This document shows positions 32,025-42,819 of a DNA stretch of 64,000 nt, in pieces. The DNA is taken from NCBI GenBank assembly GCA_963809485.1, contig CAWEJX010000004.1:224001-288000 (forward strand), written 5' to 3'. The notes under the pieces were generated by a model that searched no databases, was not told the origin of the DNA, and saw nothing but the letters and a program-made list of their open reading frames with translations. Source of the DNA: an uncultured Acidobacteriota bacterium (GTDB lineage: Bacteria > Acidobacteriota > UBA6911). The position numbers and the translations under genes are program-made. Each line of letters opens with the position of its first letter. The stretch's first letter is position 1.

Positions 32025-33757
32025 TCACTTTGAGGTGGTAGGTGGTTCGCTGTTCCACGAAGGATCCTGATAGATGACTTTGCCTCCGACCAATGTCATC
32101 AGGAGCCTTCGTTTTCCCGATTTGATTCGGTGGAATATTGAATAAGTCCTGTGAAATGATGACCACGTCCGCAAGCTTCCCTGCCTCGATGGAGCCTTCC
32201 GTTTTCTCCCGTTTCGCGGCGATTGCTCCGCCCATGGTGTATCCCTGAATGGCCTGCTCCAGAGTGAGCCGCTCGTTTGGAAGCCACCCCCCCGCCGGCG
32301 TTCCCTCCGGGGTCTGGCGCGTCACCAGTATCTGGAGGCCCGGCCAGGGATTCAGAGTTACCACGGGCCAGTCGCTGCCGAAGCTCAGATGGGCCCCTCC
32401 GTTCAGAACCGAGTGCCAGGGAAATGCGTGCTGAGCGCGCTGCGGACCTATGCTTCGCGCCCAGGCCTCAAAAGTGTTGGTGTCCGGAGTTGCATGCAGC
32501 GGCTGCATGCCGGCGATCACGTTGAGTTTTCCGAACCGGGGAATGTCCTGGGCGCTTGGGGCCTCGATATGCTCGATCCGGTCCCGTGCGTCCGTGCGGC
32601 CGTTTGCCTTATTCGCAGCCTCATAGGCATCGAGCGCAAGCCGGATGGTGCGATCGCCAATCGCGTGAGTGGAGATTGGAAAACCGAGCCGATCCAGGCG
32701 GATCACGCTTTCCTTGTACTTTTCGGGTTCAAAATAGAGCTGTCCCCTGTTGGCCGGATCGTGCTCGTAAGGCTCCAGCATCGCTGCCGTATGCGCTTCG
32801 ATGACGCCATCCAGCAGAAACTTCACCTGGCCGGCATCGATCCAATCATCGCCATACTTTTGTCGGTTTTCCTGCAGAGTTGTAATGGCATCCGGAGCAA
32901 CCGGTGCGCTAACAAACCGGGCCATGGTAAAGCGCGCGGTCAAATCGCCTCTTTGCCGGATTTCATCGAAAAGTTCGATGCGCTCCGCGTCCGCGCCGGC
33001 GCTGATCAGGCGGGTCAGGCCCAGGGAGCCGGCGTAACGGATGGCTTTTGTAAGACCATCCAGCTCTTCTTCGCGGGTCGGTTTCGGGGATAACCCGGGT
33101 CACCAATCGTTCCGCAGCCTCCTTCAAAACGCCTGTCGGCTCGCCCGTGACAGGATCGCGCACGATGATACCGCTCGGCGGATCAGGCGTTTTGCGCGTG
33201 ATTCCCGCCGCCTGAAGCGCCTTGCTGTTCGCCAGGGCGGTGTGCCCATCGTATGCCGCCAAATAAACAGGACGATCGGGAACGACTTCGTCCACCAGCT
33301 TCTTGTGGGGCAGGCCGCTTTTGCCGAAGACGCTGTAGACCCATCCCATACCCTGGATCCATTTTCTGTCAGGGTGGGCAGCGGCATAGTCCTGTATCGC
33401 CTTCTGAAATTCACCGACTGTTTTTGCGCTATTGAGTGAAAGATTCCTCAGCTGAGCGGCGCCGGCCATCATGTGGACATGAGCGTCGACGAATCCGGGA
33501 AGCACCATGTGCTGCCTCGCATCGATCACCTTTGTGGAAGGGCCTTGATGCGCTGCAATCGATTGATCCGAACCCACAGCAATGATTTTCCCTGCGCGGA
33601 CGGCCATGGCCTGCGCCCATGGCTCCTTCGGATTCACGGTATAAATTTTCGCATGGATCAACACCGCATCCGCCGGGGTGCCCGCTTGGCGACTGCATGC
33701 TGATATTCCCAAAACAGCGATAAGAAGAACGACAATCGCCAGCGCTCGTTTTTTCAT
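32025..33757 (-). CDS. Amidohydrolase 3 (YtcJ-like) lipoprotein, frameshifted near 33080 and 32105
   Basis: Lipobox ISA-C; PGFVDAHVH; HAIGD; RIEH; FGSDWPV; GSIEAGKLAD. Confidence 0.85.
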
Positions 33758-33875
33758 ATGCAGGATTCCCTTCATAATCCAGGCGGCGGCGAAAAGCGGC
33801 GCCGCTCAAAAGGTTTAGAAGTTACGGCATAATTTAACTTCCCCGATCACCGCAGGTGCACAATGTTGGCTTGTA

Positions 33876-34087
33876 TGAGATCCTCGCCGGCAGTTTTAAG
33901 AAAGTCTCCGGAGAGCCATCCTCGCCCAATCAACATTCAATGCTGAGAAAATAGAATTTATTAATAATTTTTCAGCGTGCGTCAGCGTTAAATTTATGGA
34001 AGGCCTCCAGAGTCTGTCTCAAAACGACTGTCGCGAGATGCTCGCCGGCAGCCTGGAGACATTCTCTGGAGAGCCGTCCTCACCAGC
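33876..34087. repeat. ~200-bp composite repeat, copy 2 (inverted relative to 15078-15305)
   Basis: Shares, on the opposite strand, gacagtcgttttgag.cagactctggag, cataaattt(t)aacgctga, ttattaataaat and ctctcc.gagactttct.aaaactgccgg. Confidence 0.75.
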
Positions 34088-34108
34088 CATATATAAAAAA
34101 AGGAGCCT

Positions 34109-35398
34109 CTATCGACTTTGTGGCGCTACCGCAACGCACTTCAGGTTCTTCTGGTCGCGTATCAGCAGCTTGCCGTCCACAAGCGCCGGGGGAGCCCAGT
34201 TTTCGCCTGACTCCAGCAGCTCGGCGCTGGCCAGCGGCTTGAAACCGGCCGGATTGGGGTCGATAAGGTACAGAATCCTGCTGCCGTCGGTGCTCAGCAG
34301 CAGATCATCGGCCAGGATTGATCCGCCTCTGACGAAGGCCGGATCCTCGCCCGTTTTCCATTTGATCTTGCCGTCCATACCCATGCACACCATACCATCG
34401 CTTCGCTCGTTGATAGTGTACTGGGCATAGAAATGGTCTTTATACAGAACCGGGGGCTGTGTGTGGGCTCCGAAATCGGGAGTCTTGAACAGCTCCGTAA
34501 CTCCGTAGCTGCCGTCTGCTTTCTTTTGAACCTTTATCATCGCGGAACCTGCGCTGTATCCGCCCGTGATGAGCATGCGGCCCTCTCCGGCGTCGACGGC
34601 ATGAGGGACGGGAATGGCGCACTGCCAATTGCCGTACGTCCACAGGACTTTTCCGCTGAGCGGATCAAGTCCATTGACGCTGCCGCCGCTGGCGTTGCGC
34701 CCAAATCCCACGGCGGCCATGATCATTACCAGGTGATCTTCTCCGCCGATTTTAACAATGGACGGGCTGACATATCCAACCCCGCCAGACAGAACAGATG
34801 ATTTCCATTTAAGTTCGCCTGTCAGCTTGTCATAGGCAACCACTGTCGACTGGGGTGCTTGCGGCGCCACAATAAGCAAATTGCCGTAGATTAGCGGGTT
34901 CTGGGTTAGGGCCCACCTGGGCAGTTCGCCGCCGCCGAAATCCTTCCAGATATTCTTATTCCATACGGGTTTGTGCGTGTTTATGTTGATGCAATACAGG
35001 TCGCCCAGCGGCCCGCATGCATAAACATTATTGCCATCCACGGTGGGAGTGGATCGCGAGCCGGGATGGTTGAAGCTGCCCGGGGCATCGTAGGCAAAGT
35101 TCCAAAGCTGCTTGCCGCTGGAAAGGTCGAAACATCTCAGGTTGTCCCCGACTTTTTCGTCACGATCAAGCAGGTAGACTTTGCCGCCGCTGACGACCGG
35201 ACCGCCATAGCCGATGCCAATAGGGGCTGTCCAGAGGACCTTGGGGCCTTCCTTTGGCCAGCTCCGCAACAGGCCCTTCTCCGAGGAGGTGCTGTCTCTT
35301 TTGGGTCCAAAATATTGCGGCCAATCCGCAGCAAAGGCGCAGACTGCGAATAGCGCTACGATTACGATTGTGAGTTTTAACTTAGCTTTCATTGGCAT
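34109..35398 (-). CDS. Secreted PQQ-binding-like beta-propeller protein
   Basis: Signal peptide, DWPQYFGP, RSTPTVDG, WAPPALVDGKLLIRD. Confidence 0.85.
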   Translation of the reverse strand: MPMKAKLKLTIVIVALFAVCAFAADWPQYFGPKRDSTSSEKGLLRSWPKEGPKVLWTAPIGIGYGGPVVSGGKVYLLDRDEKVGDNLRCFDLSSGKQLWNFAYDAPGSFNHPGSRSTPTVDGNNVYACGPLGDLYCININTHKPVWNKNIWKDFGGGELPRWALTQNPLIYGNLLIVAPQAPQSTVVAYDKLTGELKWKSSVLSGGVGYVSPSIVKIGGEDHLVMIMAAVGFGRNASGGSVNGLDPLSGKVLWTYGNWQCAIPVPHAVDAGEGRMLITGGYSAGSAMIKVQKKADGSYGVTELFKTPDFGAHTQPPVLYKDHFYAQYTINERSDGMVCMGMDGKIKWKTGEDPAFVRGGSILADDLLLSTDGSRILYLIDPNPAGFKPLASAELLESGENWAPPALVDGKLLIRDQKNLKCVAVAPQSR

Positions 35399-35485
35399 GG
35401 CTCCTTTTTCGTCAAAGCAGTGATACGCAAAACCAGCAGGGGCGGCCCTGTCGCGCGCCCCTGAAACTTTCCAAGCATGAGTGCC

Positions 35486-36911
35486 CTATTTTTCAGATCC
35501 GCCGGCAACGGCAGTAACGGCATAAAGTTCGGAGGACGTCATGATGTACAGCACTCCGTTGGCAGGCACGGGCGTACCGTAAACCGAGCCTCCCATATCG
35601 ATCTCGGAGATTTTTTTCATCTCAGCAGCGGCCCTGAAGACGGCAACATCCCCATCTTGATCCCCGATGAAGACCTTGCCGTCAGCCGCCAGCGGGGATC
35701 CCCAGACCGGGGCCATCATGTCATAAGTCCAATAGGCCTTTCCGGTCTTGGCGTCCAGGCAGTGCAGAAACCCTTTGAGATCGGAGATAAAAGCCAACCC
35801 GTCGGCGACAGCCGCCGTAGAGATGGACCGGCTGATTTTGTCGTACTGCCAGACGCGGCCTGTTTCGGTGATATCGCCTCGCCGGGCAGGATCGATGCAA
35901 TAGGTGTGACCGATTCCGTTGCCGCTATCGGGATCCTGGCCCACGCTCATGAACACTTTGCCGCCGCTGAATACGGGCGTGGAGACGCCATAGTTGCGTG
36001 TTTTGGGCCACGCGGCGTCTTTAGGGTTCAGATCAAACCTCCAGAGCTTTTCTCCGGTTCGAGCATTGAAGCCGTAAATCCAGCCGTCACCCCCCGCGAA
36101 AAAGACCTGCTGAACTCCATCTATCAGGCCGAGAGCCGGCGAAGACCACTGGCCGCGCAGAATGCCGTCCCCCGGAGAACTGTCCTGCCACACTACCTCT
36201 CCCGGAATTTTTGTTTACGGCAATAAAGCTGGGAGCTTTCGGTGCAGGGACCTTATCGCCATTGCTGTCTCGGCCGTTGGAGGTCCCGAGCAAGATCAGG
36301 TCCTCCCAAATGACGGGGGATGAATTGGCCATGAAAAGCTGGGATACGCCCAACTCCTTCATCATATCGAGCTTCCAAACGATGTCGGCATCGGTTGGCC
36401 CTTTGTAAGCCTCATCCTGGAAAGGGCCGTCATTTTTGCCGTCCATAAATCCTTCGGTGTCCAGGCAAACCAGCTCTCCGCGATTGCTCACATAATATAG
36501 CCGCTTCCCTTCCACGGCCGGGGATGAGCAGACGCCTTCTTCGGGAAAATCGTTTTCAAACTCCAGCTTGTCCGTCACGGCCTGCCAGAGATACTTGCCA
36601 TCGGACTCGCGGAAGCACATGAGCACGCCTTTGTCACCCTCAATTTCCGGATTCCTGGGATTTCCATTGTTGGTGCCTAAAAAGATCTTCCCATCGGCCA
36701 CCACCGGATTTCCGTACGAGGTCGTACCGATCTGCGCCTTCCATTTGATGCTTTTCCCGCTTTTGACATCCCAGAATTCGGGGAGGTTTTTCATGGCAGA
36801 TACCATGTTTCGCTGCGCCGTGCCGCCCCACATCGGCCAGTCCTGGGAGACCAGCGGAAACGCGGCTATTCCGGAAAGCATGAGAAAAAAAAGATTGCTT
36901 TTGATGCGCAT
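35486..36911 (-). CDS. Secreted PQQ-binding-like beta-propeller protein, frameshifted near 36195
   Basis: DWPMWGG, GVCSSPAVEG; second frame QWSSPA, DAKTGKAYW, WGSPLAADGKV. Confidence 0.82.
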
Positions 36912-37402
36912 AGACCAGCTCCGTGTCATCCGGCTTTTGAGGGCAGCTTCAGTGCTCGTTCTATACCCGGCCCCGACCCCGGGCTATTCTGCTTTTGCCT
37001 CTCGGGGCAGAGCATAGCAATGCTGTCACCATATTATCCGATTATCCATAGAAACACGATAGCAGGAAGAAGCGCAGAGTGTTACAGCCACCAATTACCC
37101 CCCGCGGAGGGTGCGCCATGAGAACGCCCCGCTGGAACTTCCGAGATTTTATGTCCGCTCCGTTGCGGCAAAGGCTTTGTGCTTGATATGGGTTTGACTG
37201 GCTGCCTGAAGTGGACGAAAATGAATCGCTGAAGCAACTGATGGGGTTTTACCCCGGTTTTTTATTTATGGCCTTCCCGGCTTTAATAAATCCGACATCA
37301 TTCAGTTGCCTCAAAAACAGTATGAGGGGAAGCTGCCGGCTATGCGCCGGAAGGTCTGCAAGTTGCCTGGCTTCGCCGACACTACACCAAGGAGGATATT
37401 TC

Positions 37403-39115
37403 ATGAAGCGGCAAACAACCGTATTTTTAATTGCAATGATGTGCCTGTGCCTGTTTTGCGGTTACCGGGCCCTGAACAGCCAGGCCGAGGTAAAAGCCTT
37501 TGCGGCTACCACTGCCGGGAAAGCAGTGGAACCGGTGATTACGGTGCTCAATCCGCTGGGCACGCCTCCGCCTTTGGAGCTGAAGGCAATGGCGCCGCGC
37601 CTGGACACATTAGAGGGCAAGACCATCTATTTTGTTGATGACGGGTATCCGGGATCGGACAACCTGCTCCTGGAAATGGAGCAAGGATTCAAGGAGACCT
37701 ACCCTAAAACCAATTTCCATTACGTTAAGAAAAGCACGTTCATGGCCCAGAAGGACCCTGCTCTGTGGGCGGAGATGCAGCAAAAAGCCGATGCAATGGT
37801 CATCGCCCTTGGCCATTGAAGCGTATGTGCGCCCGGGGTCACCGGGCTTTCTATAGATTTTGAATCCACCGTTAAAAAACCTGCAGTGCCAATCGTCGTT
37901 TCCAGTTTTGAAAAACAACTGAAAGAAGTCGCATTTACCAAAGGGATGCCGGGCATCAGGATTCAATACATCCGCGGGCCGATTTGGGCCAAGACGCGCG
38001 AGCAGCTTCGCCGGGATGTTGTTTTTGGCAACAACCCCCTTACCGGCAAGCCTGTGATGCAGGAGATTGTCGACAAGCTCACTAAATCCCTGACCACTGA
38101 AGAAAAAAGAACCGGAATGCTGGCGCGCGACAAGGGGCCGGCCACATTCAGCGGCACGGCCGATGAACTCCAGAAGATGTTTCTCGAGAAGAGATATACG
38201 GATTTTCTGCCTGTGGTTCTGCCTACGGAAGAAAAAGTCAATGAGATGTTGAAAGCCACGAGCCATGGTCCCGACGAAGTGCTCGGAAAGATGGGGCCGA
38301 CGGCGGGAGTCTTTGAGACCTGGACTTATACGGTAAAGGACGCGGCCATCAATGCGGTCATGGCAGGGGCCAAACCCGAATATTTCCCCATCATCCTGGC
38401 GATCGGGTCCACCGGGATGGAAGGCATTTCGGTTTCCGACAACAGCTTCGTGTCGGGCGCCGTCATCAACGGGGCGATCCGCGACGAAATCGGGCTGAAC
38501 TACGAGATCGGCGCAATGGGGCCGTATGCCCATGCCAACACCACCATCGGGCGAGCCTGGAACCTGCTGTCCATCAACGGCGGGAACTGCGGAAAAGTGG
38601 GAACAACCTATATGGGCACGGTCGGGAATCCAATGAACCTGATCAACATCATCATCGCGGAGAATGAACAGGATTCTCCTTTCACACCACTCTCGGTAAG
38701 GCGAGGCTTTAAAAAGAACGAGAACATTATCACCCTGTTTAACGGATGGGGCGTGCTCTCCGCCAAGAACTGGGCCGACAATGCATGGGGAACCGTGATG
38801 AACTATCCCAAGATCATCAAGGACATCTACAATACGCAGGACGGCTCTTTGTTTGGAACCTGCGTCGTCCTGAGTCCCCCGATTGCCAATTTCGTCCGGG
38901 ACGGAGGGTACGATACGGTGGATAAATTTGCCGCCTACGTAACAGGAGTGCCGATTGGATCGAAGCCTGCTCCCTTTGCGGGTAAGCCGAACGACGGATC
39001 GCGTCGTGCCGGCGGCACATTTACGGTGATTGTTACCGGCGGATCGAACAACAACTACTTCAGCATTGGCGGTCTGGTTCCCGTTCAATCGGTCCAGATC
39101 GACAAGTGGAGGTAG
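37403..39115 (+). CDS. Secreted UGSC-like selenoprotein (UxxC), with UGA at 37817-37819 read as Sec
   Basis: ORFs 37211-37819 and 37886-39115 share a frame with one TGA between them; read-through gives ALGH-U-SVCAPG; GGAGG RBS and signal peptide; TDFLPVVLPTEE and AINAVMAGA motifs. Confidence 0.8.
37831..37847 (+). promoter_or_regulatory. Putative bacterial SECIS hairpin
   Basis: GCCCGG-ggtca-CCGGGC; G-starting loop begins 17 nt after the UGA. Confidence 0.7.
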
Positions 39116-39313
39116 CAGCAGTTCTCAGTATTTGAAATGCGCTCGGGCCGGGAATTCAAACATCCGCAATTCCCGGCCAGGCGCAAAGTCGCCCGGCCGA
39201 AATTCTCGGATGGAAATCGACAGCATCCGGGAGGGCCAGAGGCTTCATGGATAGTGCTCAGAGCGGCTGGATGCAATCCGACGGCTCTAGCACGCAAACC
39301 TTCTCCTTAAGTA

Positions 39314-39354
39314 TCAGCGTTCATCAGCGGCCTTTTCAGCGTATGTCAGCGTTA
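39314..39354. repeat. TCAGCG repeat copy at the truncation point of an M48 peptidase gene
   Basis: tcagcgttcatcagcggccttttcagcgtatgtcagcgtta. Confidence 0.75.
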
Positions 39355-39735
39355 TATGTTCGCGGAAATGGCCCTCGTAAATAGTCATGGGAAAAAGTAT
39401 CGCCGTGGTCACCACGGTGTACTGGCACCAGTAAAGAAAGGTTTGAACCGGCTTGCGGCGCGTCAGGCGTTCGGAAAGGTTTCGCATGGCAGTCGACCAT
39501 TTCCCTGCGAGAAGCAGAATCGACACCAAGGCAGTAAAGGCAAAGTCGATCAGGAGAAGCCAGTATCCTCCCTCGAAATATGCGTCGGCATTCGCTCGAA
39601 CAGCTGGCGGGATTTTTGCCAGGTAAGCATTCGTGGCAGCCTCCACGTCGAATGCATTTGCGGCAAGGCCACACAGAGGCGAAACGCCCAGCCAAATCAA
39701 AATGACCAATACAGGGAAATATGCCTTTCAGCATA
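39355..39735 (-). pseudogene. 5' remnant of an M48 (Ste24-like) peptidase gene
   Basis: FDVEAATNAYLA...ADAYFEGGYWL...FPMTIYEGHFREH N-terminal membrane region; no HExxH; ends at the repeat. Confidence 0.7.
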
Positions 39736-40012
39736 CGCGTTCTCCTTTTGACTTCCGGCCGGAAGCAGGCAACACAACCGGTATCCTTTGCTTCGGGTTT
39801 CGCCTACATAGCTCGTCGATAGATATGTTGCAGATGCTTCCCAAAATTCGTCTCTGAAAATTTTACTACAAAACTGCAGCCAGGATATAAAATTTGGCCG
39901 ATAGGCGGCGCAGAGCATAATTCTCATACACGGCGCCAGCAATGTCTGCGCATCATGCTTGAGCCACGGACAAACGGGGAAGGATGAGCATTCAGACAAG
40001 GAAGTAGGAAAG

Positions 40013-40543
40013 ATGGCAAGAAATGTTGAGATCAAAGCCCGCGTCGAAAACATCGGCCCGGTCTTTGCGCGAGCCGCGGAGCTTGCAGATGAAAGCCCGG
40101 TTGAGATTGTCCAGGATGATACTTTCTTCGCCTGCAACAACGGCCGGTTGAAACTCCGCACCTTTTCCTCCGGTGAAGGCGAGCTCATCTTCTACCGCCG
40201 CGCCGATCAAAAGGGACCTAAGGAATCTCATTACGTGCTCTATCCCACAACCTCTCCGGATGCACTTCGCGAAACCCTTTCAATGGCTTACGGCCGGACC
40301 GGCCGGGTCCGAAAACAGCGGACTCTGTTCATGTCGGGGAGAACCCGCATTCATCTGGACTGCGTCGAAGGCCTCGGCAACTTCCTTGAACTGGAAGTGG
40401 TACTGGCAGAGGGCGAGTCTACAGAGGAAGGCGAAACTGTTGCCAGGAGCCTGATGCAGAAGCTGGGCATTCATGAGGATCAGCTTATCGAGGGCGCCTA
40501 TGTCGACTTGCTGGCAACCTCGAATTCCCTGAGCCGAACCTGA
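40013..40543 (+). CDS. cyaB: CYTH-domain protein (class IV adenylate cyclase-like)
   Basis: NVEIKAR, QDDTFF, RLKLR, VRKQR, HLD.VEGLGNFLELEV. Confidence 0.85.
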   Translation: MARNVEIKARVENIGPVFARAAELADESPVEIVQDDTFFACNNGRLKLRTFSSGEGELIFYRRADQKGPKESHYVLYPTTSPDALRETLSMAYGRTGRVRKQRTLFMSGRTRIHLDCVEGLGNFLELEVVLAEGESTEEGETVARSLMQKLGIHEDQLIEGAYVDLLATSNSLSRT

Positions 40544-40577
40544 CAACCCTGTGATTCCGGGTGGAAGAGTCTTCCCG

Positions 40578-41924
40578 TTATTGAGCGGACTGCCTCAGGA
40601 AGTCTACCGCCATGTTTGCGAGTGTCTTTATTCCCACGATTATGGCGCCTTCGTCCGCGTAGAAACGTGGTGAATGGTTGGGTTCGGCCTTCGCCGGATC
40701 GGCACCCTTCGGCGTGACACCAAGCATAATAAAGATTCCGGGAATCTCCTTCTGGTAAAAGGAAAAGTCCTCCGATGTCGTGGCAGCGGGAGCCGTCTTC
40801 ACACCGCTGTTTCCCGCAACTCTCTTGAGGGTCGGAATCATCCGCTCCATCAATGCAGGATCGTTATAGGTTACGGGAGTCCCGGGGGCGATTGCTACCT
40901 CCGCCGATGCGCCTGCACTTTTTGCGATCATGTCCACAGTCTGTTTGATCCGCCCTGCGATGTCTGCCCGAATTTGCTCGTCGAAGGTCCGAATCGTCCC
41001 TTCCATTTCGACACTTTCCGGAATGATATTGCTGCGTACGCCGCCATGCAGACTGCCTATGGTAATAACCGCAGGCGAACGGGTCAGGTCGGTCTGCCTG
41101 CTTGTGATCGTCTGCAATCCCAGGATTATCTGGGCAGCGATAACAATCGGATCAACTCCCGCCCAGGGAAGCGCGCCGTGAGACTGGCGGCCGCGAATAT
41201 GGATTTTCAAGGAATCCGAGCTTGCCATTACAGGTCCTGGACGGTAGCGGATTTCGCCGACCGGGGAAAGGTCGACGTGCAACCCGAATATGGCTTCGGG
41301 CCTGGGGTTATCGAGAGCGCCTTCCCGGATCATAAGGACTGCGCCGCCTTGTTCACCCGCTGGAGCGCCCTCTTCGGCCGGCTGAAAAAGGAATTTCACG
41401 CTGCCGGAAAGCTCGCCGCGAATGCCGGCCAAAACTTCGGCAACTCCCATCAGAATGGCGGTATGAAGGTCATGGCCGCAGGCATGCATGACACCCACAT
41501 CGCGACCCTCATAGGTGGCACGCACTTTTGAGGCGAATGGCAGATTCACTTCCTCCGTGACCGGAAGAGCGTCCATGTCCGCCCGGAGGGCGACTACCGG
41601 TCCGGGCTGGTTACCCCGCAGAAGTCCCACGACTCCAGTATGAGCGACACCGGTCCGAACCTCCAATCCGAGTCCGCGCAGATGATCCGCCACAATTTTT
41701 GAGGTTCGGAATTCGCGGTTGGAGAGTTCCGGATGTTCGTGCAGGTCGCGACGCCAGGAAATTGCCTTGCTTTCGACCTGCACCGCCAGGCGGTCGATAT
41801 CGGTGGTCAGGCTGACGGATTCGATTGCCTGAGCATGCCCGGCCAGAAGGGAGAGTGCAGCTAAACTGCCGATCCCAACAAATAGCAGGACTGGCAGTAT
41901 CAGACCTTTTCGCACAAAATTCAT
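40578..41924 (-). CDS. M20D family amidohydrolase/peptidase, secreted
   Basis: RRDLHEHPELS, LRADMDALP, MHACGHD, FQPAEEG, SEDF, NHSPRF. Confidence 0.9.
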   Translation of the reverse strand: MNFVRKGLILPVLLFVGIGSLAALSLLAGHAQAIESVSLTTDIDRLAVQVESKAISWRRDLHEHPELSNREFRTSKIVADHLRGLGLEVRTGVAHTGVVGLLRGNQPGPVVALRADMDALPVTEEVNLPFASKVRATYEGRDVGVMHACGHDLHTAILMGVAEVLAGIRGELSGSVKFLFQPAEEGAPAGEQGGAVLMIREGALDNPRPEAIFGLHVDLSPVGEIRYRPGPVMASSDSLKIHIRGRQSHGALPWAGVDPIVIAAQIILGLQTITSRQTDLTRSPAVITIGSLHGGVRSNIIPESVEMEGTIRTFDEQIRADIAGRIKQTVDMIAKSAGASAEVAIAPGTPVTYNDPALMERMIPTLKRVAGNSGVKTAPAATTSEDFSFYQKEIPGIFIMLGVTPKGADPAKAEPNHSPRFYADEGAIIVGIKTLANMAVDFLRQSAQ

Positions 41925-41979
41925 CGTTTTGTTCTCACGGGAATGACATTCTTGGTGAATTCAGGTTCCATATTGCTCA

Positions 41980-42603
41980 ATGGGAGAAAAACACATCGAG
42001 ATTATATATTCGGAGCGCATACCTTTGTCTACTGTCTATGCGCCGGCCGCCGGTTTTGATCCTGAAGGCACGCTCGGCACAATCACTGCAATCGGCACCA
42101 CACTTTTCGGCATCCTTACCGGAACATGGTTTCGCCGTCCCGACAAAACCAAAGGCCAAAAAACTCTCGGGATGATCGTTGCAGGAGCGGCGCTTATGGC
42201 AGCGGCGCTTGTTTTGAATACCTGGCTGCCCATAAATAAAAATCTGTGGACGTCCTCTTACGCGATATTCATGGCGGGATGCTCGCTTGTTTTCCTGAGC
42301 ATTTTCTACTATCTGATCGACGTTAAAGGGTACGCAAAGTGGGCCACATTTTTCGTGATCTTCGGGATGAATGCCATTGCCGTGTATATGTTCTCTGAAC
42401 TCCTGGTGACTCTGCTCTGGATTATCCCGGTTAGCGCTGCCGGCGGCGCATCCACTTCCCTGCACGTTTACATTTACGAGCATTTCTTCCTGCCGCTGGC
42501 CAGCCCGCAGAATGCCTCGCTGCTTTTTGCAGTTGCCTATGTGCTGCTGTCCTTTGCAGTCGCATGGATTATGCGGAAACGACGCTGGTTTTTGAAAGTG
42601 TAA
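41980..42603 (+). pseudogene. C-terminal fragment of a heparan-alpha-glucosaminide N-acetyltransferase-like membrane acyltransferase
   Basis: FDPEGTLGT, PINKNLWTSSY, FGMNAIAVY; N-terminal half is missing and the ORF starts 56 nt from the divergent gene. Confidence 0.7.
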
Positions 42604-42819
42604 AGAAAAGAGCAACGGGAATATCCCATGATCCAAAGTATCAAAGCCGGAAAATGCTTCTATCTGCACCGAAGCGATTGTCCTTGAAAGCGGGACTGCG
42701 GATCCAGGATGATAGAGCCGTAATGCGAGCAATCGCCTGCTCGAGGGAGAAACGGCAAAGCCGCGCAATTCCGGGGGCAGCCGGTACTATCCTACCTCAA
42801 AGGTGGAAAGACAGGAAAC

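Noticed and set aside
37610-39088. Long antisense ORFs (e.g. 37610-39088, 3936-5045, 53253-54503)
   Set aside because: They are shadows of well-supported genes on the opposite strand, with no motifs of their own.
2388-39354. TCAGCG repeats as a CRISPR array
   Set aside because: Copies are dispersed and degenerate, with no regular repeat-spacer array and no cas genes.
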